DNA of 64,000 bases from Thermoproteota archaeon. Its GTDB lineage: Archaea > Korarchaeota > Korarchaeia > Korarchaeales > Korarchaeaceae. The stretch's first letter is position 1, and each line of letters opens with the position of its first letter. The notes under the pieces were generated by a model, which was not told where the DNA came from, searched no databases, and saw nothing but the letters and a program-made list of their open reading frames with translations. This document shows, one piece after another, positions 38,753 to 48,049 of the stretch. The position numbers and the translations under genes are program-made. The DNA is taken from positions 1 to 64,000 of the forward strand of contig JAOZFI010000017.1 in assembly GCA_027491395.1 (NCBI GenBank), given 5' to 3'.

Positions 38753-40057
38753 TTGGATCCGGAGGATGCTTACAGGAGAGTCCTATCCTCAATTGAGGAG
38801 CACCATAGGTGGTTCGACTCGTCTCTACCCATGATAGCCAGCGAGAATGTCGCTAGTCCTGCAGTTAGGAGGGCGATGACCAGCGATTTCGGTCACAGGT
38901 ACGCCGAGGGATGGGTGGGGGAGAGAGTCTACGCCGGGACAAAGTACATCGACTATGTCGAATCGCTTGCGATGGAGCTCATAAAGAAGCTGTACGGGGT
39001 GAAGTTCGCAGATGTACGTCCAATAAGCGGGGTAGTTGCTAACCTATCCGTATATACGGCCCTCACACAGCCAGGAGACGTCGTGATGGCGCTGCCCATA
39101 ACCAAGGGAGGGCACATCAGCATGGGACCCCTGAAGGGGTCCAAGGGACAGTTCATAGGGGGAACAGCAGGGGCCGTCAGGGGCTTGGATGTGAAGTACA
39201 TAGCCTTCGACGACGAGAACATGAACATAGATGTCGATAGAACCATCAACAGGATGGAAAAGTACAAGCCCAAACTGATAATGATGGGAGGCAGCGTGAT
39301 ACTCTTCCCTCAACCGGTGAAAGAGCTAGTGGAGGCGGCTAAGTCCATAGGAGCTGCGGTTAACTACGATGCCGCTCATGTCGCTGGTTTAATTGCGGGA
39401 GGTAAGTTCCAGCGTCCCTTGGAGGAAGGAGCCGATGTGATGACCTTCAGCACTCACAAGACCTTCTTCGGCCCCCAGCACGGTGCGGTGATAACTAACG
39501 ACGAGGAAAAATTCGAACTGATCAAACTGGCCAACTTCCCGGGTCTCTTGAGCAACCACCATCTCCATGCGGTGGCAGCGCTGGCAATAGCGGCCGCGGA
39601 ACTGCTCGCATTTGGTAAGGAGTACGCTGAAGCTGTTGTTAAGAACGCGAAAGCCCTGGCCCAGGCGTTGCACGACGAGGGATTCAAGGTGGTCGCAGAG
39701 CACTTGGGGTTCACCGAGAGCCATCAGGTCCTACTCGATGTTGACGATCTGGGTGGGGGATACAAGTGCGAGAAGCTGCTGGAGGAGGCCAACATAATTG
39801 TGAACAGGAATCTCCTTCCTTGGGACATAAAGAGGGGAAGGGGCTTCAAGGATCCGGGCGGCCTGAGGCTGGGGGTCTCCGAACTCACCAGGCTCGGCAT
39901 GGGACCGGACGAGATGAGGGAGGTGGCGAAGTTCTACAGGGAGGTCCTTATAGACGGAAAGGATCCAAAGGAAGTCGCTAGAGAGGTTTCAGAACTCAGG
40001 AAAGATTTCAAGACCGTTAAATATACGTTCGAGGAGGGCCCAGCCTACGAATACTGA
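38753..40057 (+). CDS. glyA: Serine hydroxymethyltransferase
   Basis: IASEN, RYAEG, YDAAH, STHKTFFGPQ. Confidence 0.97.
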   Translation: MDPEDAYRRVLSSIEEHHRWFDSSLPMIASENVASPAVRRAMTSDFGHRYAEGWVGERVYAGTKYIDYVESLAMELIKKLYGVKFADVRPISGVVANLSVYTALTQPGDVVMALPITKGGHISMGPLKGSKGQFIGGTAGAVRGLDVKYIAFDDENMNIDVDRTINRMEKYKPKLIMMGGSVILFPQPVKELVEAAKSIGAAVNYDAAHVAGLIAGGKFQRPLEEGADVMTFSTHKTFFGPQHGAVITNDEEKFELIKLANFPGLLSNHHLHAVAALAIAAAELLAFGKEYAEAVVKNAKALAQALHDEGFKVVAEHLGFTESHQVLLDVDDLGGGYKCEKLLEEANIIVNRNLLPWDIKRGRGFKDPGGLRLGVSELTRLGMGPDEMREVAKFYREVLIDGKDPKEVAREVSELRKDFKTVKYTFEEGPAYEY

Positions 40058-40865
40058 TATTCGCCGCCTGATAGAGGACAGGACGAGGGGCTCGCTGGAG
40101 ATATTCGAGGAGGCCCTGATCTTACTCAATAAGTCGAGAGATCCGTGCAAAGATGCTAGAGTCCTCAGAGAAGCTCATCCAGAGATGACGGCCCTGGAAT
40201 ACTTGGAGATGGCAGCGTGCTCCGGCTCTCTGTTCAAGTTAAGGGAGTTCTACGGTAGATCCAAGGAGGAATTGGCTTCTACATGCTCTAACCTCCTATC
40301 TGAGCTGGGAATCGAAGTTATAGCTACCTTAAGCAGGAGCTCCGCAGTCATAAACTGTCTGAAGAGGTCCTCCGTGAGCGAGGTGATAGTCGGGGAATCT
40401 AGACCGGGAAGAGAGGGGCTAAGGACCGCAGAAATTCTCAGAGACGCGGGGTTCAAGGTGACTCTAGTGGTTGATGCCCTCCTCCCATGGTACTCCAAGA
40501 GGAAAGGGGCCGTGGGCTTGGTTGGCGCGGACAGGGTCACCCCATCCCATCTGATAAACAAGGCTGGTACCTTGCCACTCGCAACCCTGATCAAGACGAT
40601 AGCGGTTCCCGGACTTCTCAAGCTTCACAGGGATAGTTACACCATAGAGAGGAGGGATCCAAGGGAAGTGGCAGTGTTGGAGGGTGTGGAAGTGGTGAAC
40701 ATCTACTTCGACGAGACACCCCTGAATTCTCTCCACAGGCTGGTGTTCGAGGAACTCGTGCTTAAACCTAAAGAGATAGGAAAGGCCTTCGAAAAATTGG
40801 AGACGGTGCTGGGAATCAGAGCAGATGGAGGATCATTAGGAAGAAACCTATCACAGCCGAGATGA
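40047..40865 (+). CDS. eIF2B alpha/beta/delta-like protein (start inferred, non-canonical)
   Basis: TLSRSS, ESRPGREG, VGAD, NKAGT, FDETP; frame open upstream of ATG 40185 with DRTRGS..I and HP.M motifs. Confidence 0.8.
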   Translation, partial: TNTDIRRLIEDRTRGSLEIFEEALILLNKSRDPCKDARVLREAHPEMTALEYLEMAACSGSLFKLREFYGRSKEELASTCSNLLSELGIEVIATLSRSSAVINCLKRSSVSEVIVGESRPGREGLRTAEILRDAGFKVTLVVDALLPWYSKRKGAVGLVGADRVTPSHLINKAGTLPLATLIKTIAVPGLLKLHRDSYTIERRDPREVAVLEGVEVVNIYFDETPLNSLHRLVFEELVLKPKEIGKAFEKLETVLGIRADGGSLGRNLSQPR

Positions 40866-41172
40866 TCCAAGCGACTATCGAGATGGCCGCAGCAGTCAAC
40901 CACCCGACCCTAAACCACACCTTCAGCACCCAGATCCAGATCACTATGATTAAGATCTTCTCTAGTATCCACAGGGGGAGCAATACGAAGATGATCCCGA
41001 GCACAAAGTCTATCACTGACCAAACGAAGGCGAGGGCCAGAGCTGATAGGAAGGACCGCTCCTTCTTCTCGGGAAGCACTATCTTCTGAGCTAACCATAG
41101 GACGACGGCACTCACAACTAGGGTCACGAGGAACCTCACGAGGGAACCGAAGATACCTGTCATCGAGATCAT
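40816..41172 (-). CDS. Small 4-TM membrane protein
   Basis: Four hydrophobic helices in 118 aa. Confidence 0.7.
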   Translation of the reverse strand: MISMTGIFGSLVRFLVTLVVSAVVLWLAQKIVLPEKKERSFLSALALAFVWSVIDFVLGIIFVLLPLWILEKILIIVIWIWVLKVWFRVGWLTAAAISIVAWIISAVIGFFLMILHLL

Positions 41173-41217
41173 GTAACTCCCAGAATTCCTCTCTAAGGAA
41201 GTTAAAAACGGAGGCGG

Positions 41218-43845
41218 TCAGCCGACCTCACCCCTTATAATTTTCTCTATCTCACTCTGGAACCTCCTCAAAGCTGCCATCTTATCCTCCATGAATATCA
41301 GGTCACTCAGACCCTCCAGAACTATGTTGTGGGCGAAGGGCGTGGGCACATCCACCATGCCTATGTCAACGACCCTTATCCTACCGCTCTCTATGCCGCC
41401 CACCACCTCCTCAGCCCTCTCAACATCCATGTAATCCTCCAATATCTCTCTATAAGCTTCCTTAAGCAGGGGAAATCCTTCTATCTTCTCGACTATCCTG
41501 AGGAGACTCTGAGCACTTATCTGCTGCTTGTTAACGCTGATCTCATATCCCTTGTAGTTTCTGAGGACCATCAATCCCCTAGCAGCTACGTGCCTGAACC
41601 TCCTCCTGAGGAGCTCCGTCTTCGCCAGAGCCTTCTCCAGTACATCCCTGAGGTCCCGTCCCACCAAATCCTCTATCGTTGCGACAGGCTTAACTCCCCT
41701 AGGATATATAATCGCGAATCCAGTATCTTTAACCGCTATCCCCAGGTTTCTCCTCACCTTCCTCCCAGCTATATAGGCTAGGGCTCTCGAGAGGGCGTCG
41801 TTGGTCCTCCGGCCGTAGAGGGAGTGGGTCACTTGGTGTATCCTCCCCTCCTCATCTACGTAGCTCTCAACCAAGATGACCTCGTGGGACGGCATATCCT
41901 CCACGCTCACGCCGAGAGACTTCAGGTAGAGGTACTGCTGTCTCAGGTAGTTGTATATGGCGAGGGCCGCCATCCTGTTCGCATTGCTCATCCTCATTAT
42001 CATGCTAACAAGCTCCCTCTTAGTGGCCCCCTCCTCGAGCATCTTGAAGAACTCGCCCCTGAACTTCCCAATCTCCAAGGCGAGCTCGTAGCTGAGAGGA
42101 AGCATCTCCGAGAACCACGCAGGCACTGTCGGCTTCTGATCGAAGGCTGGCCTGACCTTGACCCTCAGCCCTCTCGCCGATACGAACTCATAGACCTTTC
42201 CGCCCAGCACGAACCTGTCCCCAGGCATGAGCCTCTCTAGAAAGCCCTCTTCCAAGTTCCCCACGTACCTGCCCTCCGTGGTGTACACCTTGGCGGCGAC
42301 CTCGTCGGGTATCGTCCCTATGTTGGTGGCGTAGATCACCCTAGCGTACTTCCCCCTCCTACCGAATACCCCCTCCTCCGGGTCGTACCATATCTTCCCG
42401 TACACCTTCCTGCTCTCCAGCTGGGTGTACTCCCCGGCTAGGTACCTGAGGACGGACTCGAAGTCCTCCCAGCTCAGGTCCACGTAGGGATAGGCCGACC
42501 TCACGAGATTGTAGGCGTCCTCGACCCTCCACTTGCTCTCGACGGCCATTCCCACTATATGCTGCGCCAGCACGTCGAGGGGCCTCCTAGGAATGTGCAC
42601 CCTGTCCAGCCTGCCCGCTAACGCTTCACGGAGCATGACCGCAACCTCGACAGCATCGTCTCTATCCACGACAATGAACCTGCCCTTAGAGACCTCGTGG
42701 AGCCTGTGACCAGCCCTACCGATCCTCTGCAATGCCCTAGTCACTGATTTGGGACTGCCTATCTGCACCACCAGATCTATGTAGCCTATATCGATGCCGA
42801 GCTCCAAGCTAGTGGAGCTCACTATTGCCTTGAGCTCCCCTCTCTTCAGTCTCTCCTCCACCTCGCCCCTCACATCCCTAGAGAGGGAGCTGTGGTGAGC
42901 AGCTATCTTCTCGTCTATGTCCTCCACACTATCCTTCAGGACCTTCTTCAGGTGGAAGACGACCCTCTCGGTTCCGCTCCTCGTGTTGGTGAATATGAGG
43001 GTAGTGGTATGCTCCTTTATGAGCTTGGAAATGAGCTTGTACATCCTAGCCGAGACCACTTCCGTGGATGTGTTCACCAGATCGCTCACTGGTGATAGCA
43101 GAGCTAGATCGAGGGCCTTGGCCCAGTTGGTCTCGACTATCAAGCAGTCCCTAGCCCTGCCATTCTCGTAGCCCACCAAGAACTTGGCGACCTCATCGAG
43201 GGGATTTATCGTGGCCGATAGACCTATCCTGATGAAGTTCCTGCCTACCAGCCACCTCAACCTCTCTAGAGAGAGGGAGAGATGGGTACCCCTCTTGTTC
43301 TCCACTAAGCTGTGGATCTCATCCACTATGACCCACTTAACGGTCTTCAGCTTCTCCCTGAACTTGGGAGCCGTTAGAATGATGCCCAGCGTCTCGGGAG
43401 TCGTTATGAGTATGTGAGGCGGTTTTCTAAGCTGCTTGGCTTTTTCACTGGAAGGAGTATCACCAGTCCTTACTGCATGTCTTATCTCCGGTAGATTAGG
43501 CGAAAGCTCCCTTATCTCTCTGAGAGGGACCTCTAGGTTCCTGTATATGTCGTTGTTCAGCGCCCTCAGCGGGGAAATGTATATGGCGTAAACCGAGTCC
43601 TGGAGTTCCCCCCTCTCACCCATCTCCAAGAGCTCACTTATTATGGACAGGAAGGCCGTCAGGGTCTTGCCCGTGCCCGTGGGGCTGGTGACCAAGACAT
43701 TCCTACCCTCATGGATTGGAACCACAGCGTATCTCTGTGGAGGACTTAGATCGACGAACTTGGAGTCGAACCAGAGGGCTACAGCCGGGTGGAGCACCTC
43801 CAGCACTTCCGCTTTAGTGTACTCTCTGAGGGCCCTAGCTATCAT
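41218..43845 (-). CDS. lhr: Lhr-family SF2 helicase
   Basis: SPTGTGKT, SPLRALNND, TTPE, VDEIH, GLSAT, QRIGRAGH. Confidence 0.96.
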   Translation of the reverse strand: MIARALREYTKAEVLEVLHPAVALWFDSKFVDLSPPQRYAVVPIHEGRNVLVTSPTGTGKTLTAFLSIISELLEMGERGELQDSVYAIYISPLRALNNDIYRNLEVPLREIRELSPNLPEIRHAVRTGDTPSSEKAKQLRKPPHILITTPETLGIILTAPKFREKLKTVKWVIVDEIHSLVENKRGTHLSLSLERLRWLVGRNFIRIGLSATINPLDEVAKFLVGYENGRARDCLIVETNWAKALDLALLSPVSDLVNTSTEVVSARMYKLISKLIKEHTTTLIFTNTRSGTERVVFHLKKVLKDSVEDIDEKIAAHHSSLSRDVRGEVEERLKRGELKAIVSSTSLELGIDIGYIDLVVQIGSPKSVTRALQRIGRAGHRLHEVSKGRFIVVDRDDAVEVAVMLREALAGRLDRVHIPRRPLDVLAQHIVGMAVESKWRVEDAYNLVRSAYPYVDLSWEDFESVLRYLAGEYTQLESRKVYGKIWYDPEEGVFGRRGKYARVIYATNIGTIPDEVAAKVYTTEGRYVGNLEEGFLERLMPGDRFVLGGKVYEFVSARGLRVKVRPAFDQKPTVPAWFSEMLPLSYELALEIGKFRGEFFKMLEEGATKRELVSMIMRMSNANRMAALAIYNYLRQQYLYLKSLGVSVEDMPSHEVILVESYVDEEGRIHQVTHSLYGRRTNDALSRALAYIAGRKVRRNLGIAVKDTGFAIIYPRGVKPVATIEDLVGRDLRDVLEKALAKTELLRRRFRHVAARGLMVLRNYKGYEISVNKQQISAQSLLRIVEKIEGFPLLKEAYREILEDYMDVERAEEVVGGIESGRIRVVDIGMVDVPTPFAHNIVLEGLSDLIFMEDKMAALRRFQSEIEKIIRGEVG

Positions 43846-44108
43846 GAATACCGCGCTTCATACAGGGAGGGTTTGATAACCTTGGTGGGCACCGCTTCCG
43901 ATCTTAAACGAAAATGTAGAACATTAAATGGTAATGGTAAACAATTTAATGATACTTATTTTAGCTTCCTTAAACGACATACTAATATCGTATAATTACC
44001 TAAATTGGTAACATTGTTCCGGAAAGGCAGGCCATCGCATGGTATCGGTGAGGAAAGTTGGAGGAGTCCCCTGCAAATGACCACTTAGCGTTGCAAGCTC
44101 GATGGGAT

Positions 44109-44615
44109 CTAATCTTTCCCAACTAGCATTTCGAAGGTTCCATCGGGCCTGTGCAGGAAGAGAAGAGCTTCGGGAAAGATCTTTCTAACCTCCAACAGCG
44201 TCTCCAAATCGTCATCGTGATACTCGACCACCTCGCAGCCCAGTTTCCTAACTAAGGAGGGTTTCAGTTCCCTATCCACTTGATAGTTGTCATTGGGCCT
44301 CATGACCAGCTCGTCGAAGGGAATGCCAGCGGCCATGAGCTGGAGGATGGTATCCCTTCTGAGCCACTCGTATCTCCCTGTAATCAAAACGACCCTCAAA
44401 CCTCTCTTCTTTGCATCGTGGACCATCTCTATAGCCCTGTATAACGGTCTATCCAGTTTCAGGAGGTTGGGATCCATGAAATCCCTCCAAAACTCCTTCT
44501 GAAGTTCGAACGGCAGCTCCCTCGGAGACCTCACTCCGAATCGGCTTATGGCCACCTCGAACCTGTTCCTAGCATCGAATAACGTGTTATCTATATCGAA
44601 CACCGCGCATCTCAT
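44109..44615 (-). CDS. HAD-superfamily phosphatase (polynucleotide 3'-phosphatase-like)
   Basis: FDIDNT, ITGR, L.MRP..D..LK, DD. Confidence 0.85.
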   Translation of the reverse strand: MRCAVFDIDNTLFDARNRFEVAISRFGVRSPRELPFELQKEFWRDFMDPNLLKLDRPLYRAIEMVHDAKKRGLRVVLITGRYEWLRRDTILQLMAAGIPFDELVMRPNDNYQVDRELKPSLVRKLGCEVVEYHDDDLETLLEVRKIFPEALLFLHRPDGTFEMLVGKD

Positions 44616-45370
44616 TAGAGCACCCTAGCAGCCCTCTTCACCACGCCGAGGGGACCCAGCTCCTCTACACCCACCTCCTCGTCAACAATATAAACGATGA
44701 AATTTTCCAAGTCCACCCGCCTCAATAGGGGTGAGAGCAGATCGCTACTTCCCACCTTCAGCATATCCGTTCCAGGGGCTAGGGGGGAAAGGGCAGGCAG
44801 AACCAGAACCTCAATCCCCATGTAGTTCCCCCTGAGGAACACCTTGAACTTGTGTCCTCCACCCAGATCATCCCTAACCGATATAGCCGGATGCTCATGC
44901 CCCATCACTACGAGGTTCACCCCTTCTGGGATTGCCAGCAGTTCCTTGTGCCCATGAAAGTACATCACGCCGTCCAGAATGAGGTAGGGGTCCCTTATCT
45001 CAATACCCTCCTTGAGAAGGATGGGGATCAAATAGTTGTCGTGGTTCCCTCTGACGACTTCGATCCTCACTCTCTCTTCCCTTAAAGTCCTTATCAGGTC
45101 TAGGACCTCTCTCCACTCCTGACCGAGGGCCCCTCCGAACTCGTGCTTTACGTCACCGTTGAGAACCACCACTTCAGGATCTTTCTCCCTAATGTACCCT
45201 AGGATTTCCCTCTTTATCCACGGGTACTGCTCGTAAGGGAGCTCCACCCCCCTCTCCCTCAATGCATCCTCGTAGCCCAAGTGGAGATCCGCCACTACCA
45301 GCGTGCTGTTCACCATGGCTCCGTAGGGGAACACTTCGATACTGTTCGTGAGCAGGTATTTCCTCATCAC
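44615..45370 (-). CDS. Metallophosphoesterase (Lhr/ligase-associated MPE type)
   Basis: ADLHLG, GD.KH, GNHD, HGH, GHEHP. Confidence 0.92.
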   Translation of the reverse strand: MMRKYLLTNSIEVFPYGAMVNSTLVVADLHLGYEDALRERGVELPYEQYPWIKREILGYIREKDPEVVVLNGDVKHEFGGALGQEWREVLDLIRTLREERVRIEVVRGNHDNYLIPILLKEGIEIRDPYLILDGVMYFHGHKELLAIPEGVNLVVMGHEHPAISVRDDLGGGHKFKVFLRGNYMGIEVLVLPALSPLAPGTDMLKVGSSDLLSPLLRRVDLENFIVYIVDEEVGVEELGPLGVVKRAARVL

Positions 45371-45712
45371 GGGATAGTCTAGGAGACTGATTAATAAGCT
45401 CTAACCGAAAATGGATTGAGACCGAACTTTCCTTCTTGTCTTGTTGGCAAGGGAAAGGCGAAACACTTTCTTGAATGGCATAGATGTAGGGTGTCACACT
45501 AGTAAATGCTGTGGAATGAAGAAGGTAGAGCGAAAACGGATTAGTAATAATATCTTAACATAGCGAAGCACAGCGAATTATGTGGAAATGTCCCTGTTTA
45601 CGATCTAACGATGTCCAATAATATGATGTTCCAAAGTATATCGATTCCATCTTTCGTCAAAAATTGAAGAATATTTAAGTATGTAGCAATTCAAATATTT
45701 TGGTAGACATCA

Positions 45713-46444
45713 ATGATCTCGAAAAGTAGAGTAACCGTCTTGATAATATCCGCCTCTTTGTTAATCATTTTGTCAGTTATCCTATCGTTCGCGCTTAACC
45801 CTCCGGAATCAATGAGCCTTTCGATGGGACCCGTCTACTCCACTCCCATCTCAAAGGTCAAGAAGGACCTATTGGACAGCTTCATGAATGTCACATTAGA
45901 GAAATTAAAGGAAGACAGGGAATATAGTTTAAAGTATCTGAATTTCACGCGATGGTTAGGTGAAACATACGGCCTCGCTTACGATGAACTTTTCTGGACC
46001 AGAGAAGAGCTTGTCAAGATAATGGAGAAGGCCAAGCAATTAGACGAGGAGGCCGCCGACTGGCTCAAACAGGTGAACGCAACTCTCATCGTGGCCTTTA
46101 GCCTGCCGCCGGATACTAACCTGTCATATGCTAATATGATGGCGGATCTCATCTCCAAATATGCCCCAAACTTCAAGGCGGTCAAGGTGCAGGTCCTCTA
46201 TAGCATAGACAGGTACAAGGTGAAGTACAAGGAAGGGTCCATGGATCTGCACCTGAGCATCATCAGGGCGTTCCTCCAGAGGAACCTCAGTATTAGAGTA
46301 AAGACCATTGAGCCATACGGAATAGGAAGCGTGGAAATCACGCCAGCAGATCTGGACAAGCTCACACCACAATATCTGGAAAAGGCATTGGATGCGACCG
46401 AGGAAGCGGCAAAGGGCGGGAAACCTAAAGCTTACCGACTATAA
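45713..46444 (+). CDS. Hypothetical membrane-anchored/secreted protein
   Basis: N-terminal hydrophobic helix; AT-rich promoter upstream. Confidence 0.7.
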   Translation: MISKSRVTVLIISASLLIILSVILSFALNPPESMSLSMGPVYSTPISKVKKDLLDSFMNVTLEKLKEDREYSLKYLNFTRWLGETYGLAYDELFWTREELVKIMEKAKQLDEEAADWLKQVNATLIVAFSLPPDTNLSYANMMADLISKYAPNFKAVKVQVLYSIDRYKVKYKEGSMDLHLSIIRAFLQRNLSIRVKTIEPYGIGSVEITPADLDKLTPQYLEKALDATEEAAKGGKPKAYRL

Positions 46445-46787
46445 GTCAGCTTGGGAATGTGGACAATGGTATCAGGGACCTGTAACGGTCTATAACGCGA
46501 ATTTTCACTGGAAGTGGTGGTTCTGGCATTTCTGCGGAGATTGGGGTGAATCAGGCTGTAAGATGTACGCACGTGAGGAGATCGAGGGGTGTGACATTCA
46601 TTACATTCGCCGGATGCATTTTCTTATGGAAGGAGATTATATCTTCGGCCTTATAGACTCTCCGGGGTGCGAATACGCAAGTAACTGTGGAGGAACCTGC
46701 GGGTCAGCTAATACTAAATTTCATGGTTTTTACTCCGTTACACACGCGAAAATGAGCCCCTACATAAGGTTTTACTCTTTATTATGA
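46392..46787 (+). CDS. Cys/Trp-rich ORF, possibly frameshifted C-terminal part of the upstream gene
   Basis: 7 Cys, 7 Trp; 53-nt overlap with upstream ORF; no clear SD. Confidence 0.45.
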   Translation: MRPRKRQRAGNLKLTDYKSAWECGQWYQGPVTVYNANFHWKWWFWHFCGDWGESGCKMYAREEIEGCDIHYIRRMHFLMEGDYIFGLIDSPGCEYASNCGGTCGSANTKFHGFYSVTHAKMSPYIRFYSLL

Positions 46788-46877
46788 TAGCTGATTATAA
46801 ACTGACCTATCACAGCACATTTAATGAACTATATACGTTGCTGTGATGCTCCATGACTTATGCTATTGCTATTTTTA

Positions 46878-46906
46878 TTAAGTGGGGAGTGGTTACCCCC
46901 ACTTAA
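46878..46906. repeat. Perfect 10-bp inverted repeat
   Basis: TTAAGTGGGG ... CCCCACTTAA. Confidence 0.6.
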
Positions 46907-47181
46907 GAGGTTCAGCCACCCAGGCTTGTCAAGTAAATTTGATACTATACCTCCTATCCCTTCCGATTAATTCTTCTCTTATCTTCAATAATTAATAATT
47001 TCCTCTTTCTTTTTAGTACGAGCAACGAACTTTTAATCGAACAACAGGGACAGCTGGGCGCAAAAGGAAGGGTCAATATACAACAAGGAGAAAAGGTTAG
47101 AGATCCCTTTAGATACATTTGTATATTTGATGCCAGTGTAGATACTAGGAAAAATGGAAAAATGAAAGGGGAAGAGAGCAT

Positions 47182-47583
47182 ATGTCCTCCCTCACAAATA
47201 GACTTAAGTTAATAGAGCGAAAATTGAAGAGGAGAGGTATAGTAGCGATTATACTCTTCGGTTCCTCGCTAAAAGGAAGAATTCATCCACTTAGCGATGT
47301 GGACATCGCTGTTCTCTTCAAAGATGAACCGCTAGAGCGTGATATCGAATGGCTATATCTGGAGCTTCAAAGATATCTCAGGAGAGAAGTAGATCTCATC
47401 ATCCTCAATAAGGCTCCTCCCAGAATAAGATTTTCTGCCTTGAAAGGTGAACTGCTTTACGTTGGAGACGAGAGAGAACTAATCCACTTCATGACTAAGG
47501 TTTACGACGAGTGGGCTGATTTGGAGTATCTCAGGAGAGTGATCTGGAATTACACGGAGAGGTGGCTGACCGTTGGAGGTTGA
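47182..47583 (+). CDS. Minimal nucleotidyltransferase (MNT) antitoxin
   Basis: LFGS-x10-DVD, VDL..LN. Confidence 0.92.
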   Translation: MSSLTNRLKLIERKLKRRGIVAIILFGSSLKGRIHPLSDVDIAVLFKDEPLERDIEWLYLELQRYLRREVDLIILNKAPPRIRFSALKGELLYVGDERELIHFMTKVYDEWADLEYLRRVIWNYTERWLTVGG

Positions 47584-47995
47584 CATGGAAGCGGTCAAGT
47601 CCAGAATAGAGCTACTGAGGGGATATTTATCCTCCTTAGAGGAACTGAAATCGAACGAGGAAGAATTTTACAAATCCTTGGTATACCGAATGGCGGTGGA
47701 AAGGCTTTTGCATCTGTCTATTGAATGTCTTTTAGACATACCGCAGCACATAGCTGCGGCTAAGGGACATAGGCCTCCTGAGAGTTATGCTGATACCATC
47801 ACAGTGCTCGAGGAAGCCGGACTTGTACCTCCTGAGAAAGCAGACAATTATAGGAGAATTGCTAGGTTCCGAGATGTCCTAGTTCACGCGTACGTATCAA
47901 TAGACCCAGATAGAGTTTTTGAGGTTTGGATGAGAGAGTTGGAGGATCTCAGGGAAATGGCGAGGGACCTCATGAACGCCGCTACTGATCCCTAG
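47573..47995 (+). CDS. HEPN/DUF86 toxin
   Basis: AVER.L...IE...DI; R-DVLV-H-A-Y; overlaps MNT. Confidence 0.9.
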   Translation: MEVDMEAVKSRIELLRGYLSSLEELKSNEEEFYKSLVYRMAVERLLHLSIECLLDIPQHIAAAKGHRPPESYADTITVLEEAGLVPPEKADNYRRIARFRDVLVHAYVSIDPDRVFEVWMRELEDLREMARDLMNAATDP

Positions 47996-48049
47996 TGCAT
48001 CGTGTTCCTCATGGGGAACCACTTTTACTGAGAGTAGAGGTTATGATCG

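Noticed and set aside
44047-44102. Possible second C/D sRNA (GTGAGGA ... ATGACCA)
   Set aside because: No CTGA D or D' boxes and no terminal stem.
46878-46930. IS200/IS605 end remnant
   Set aside because: Hairpin present but no transposase or TnpB remnant recognisable nearby.
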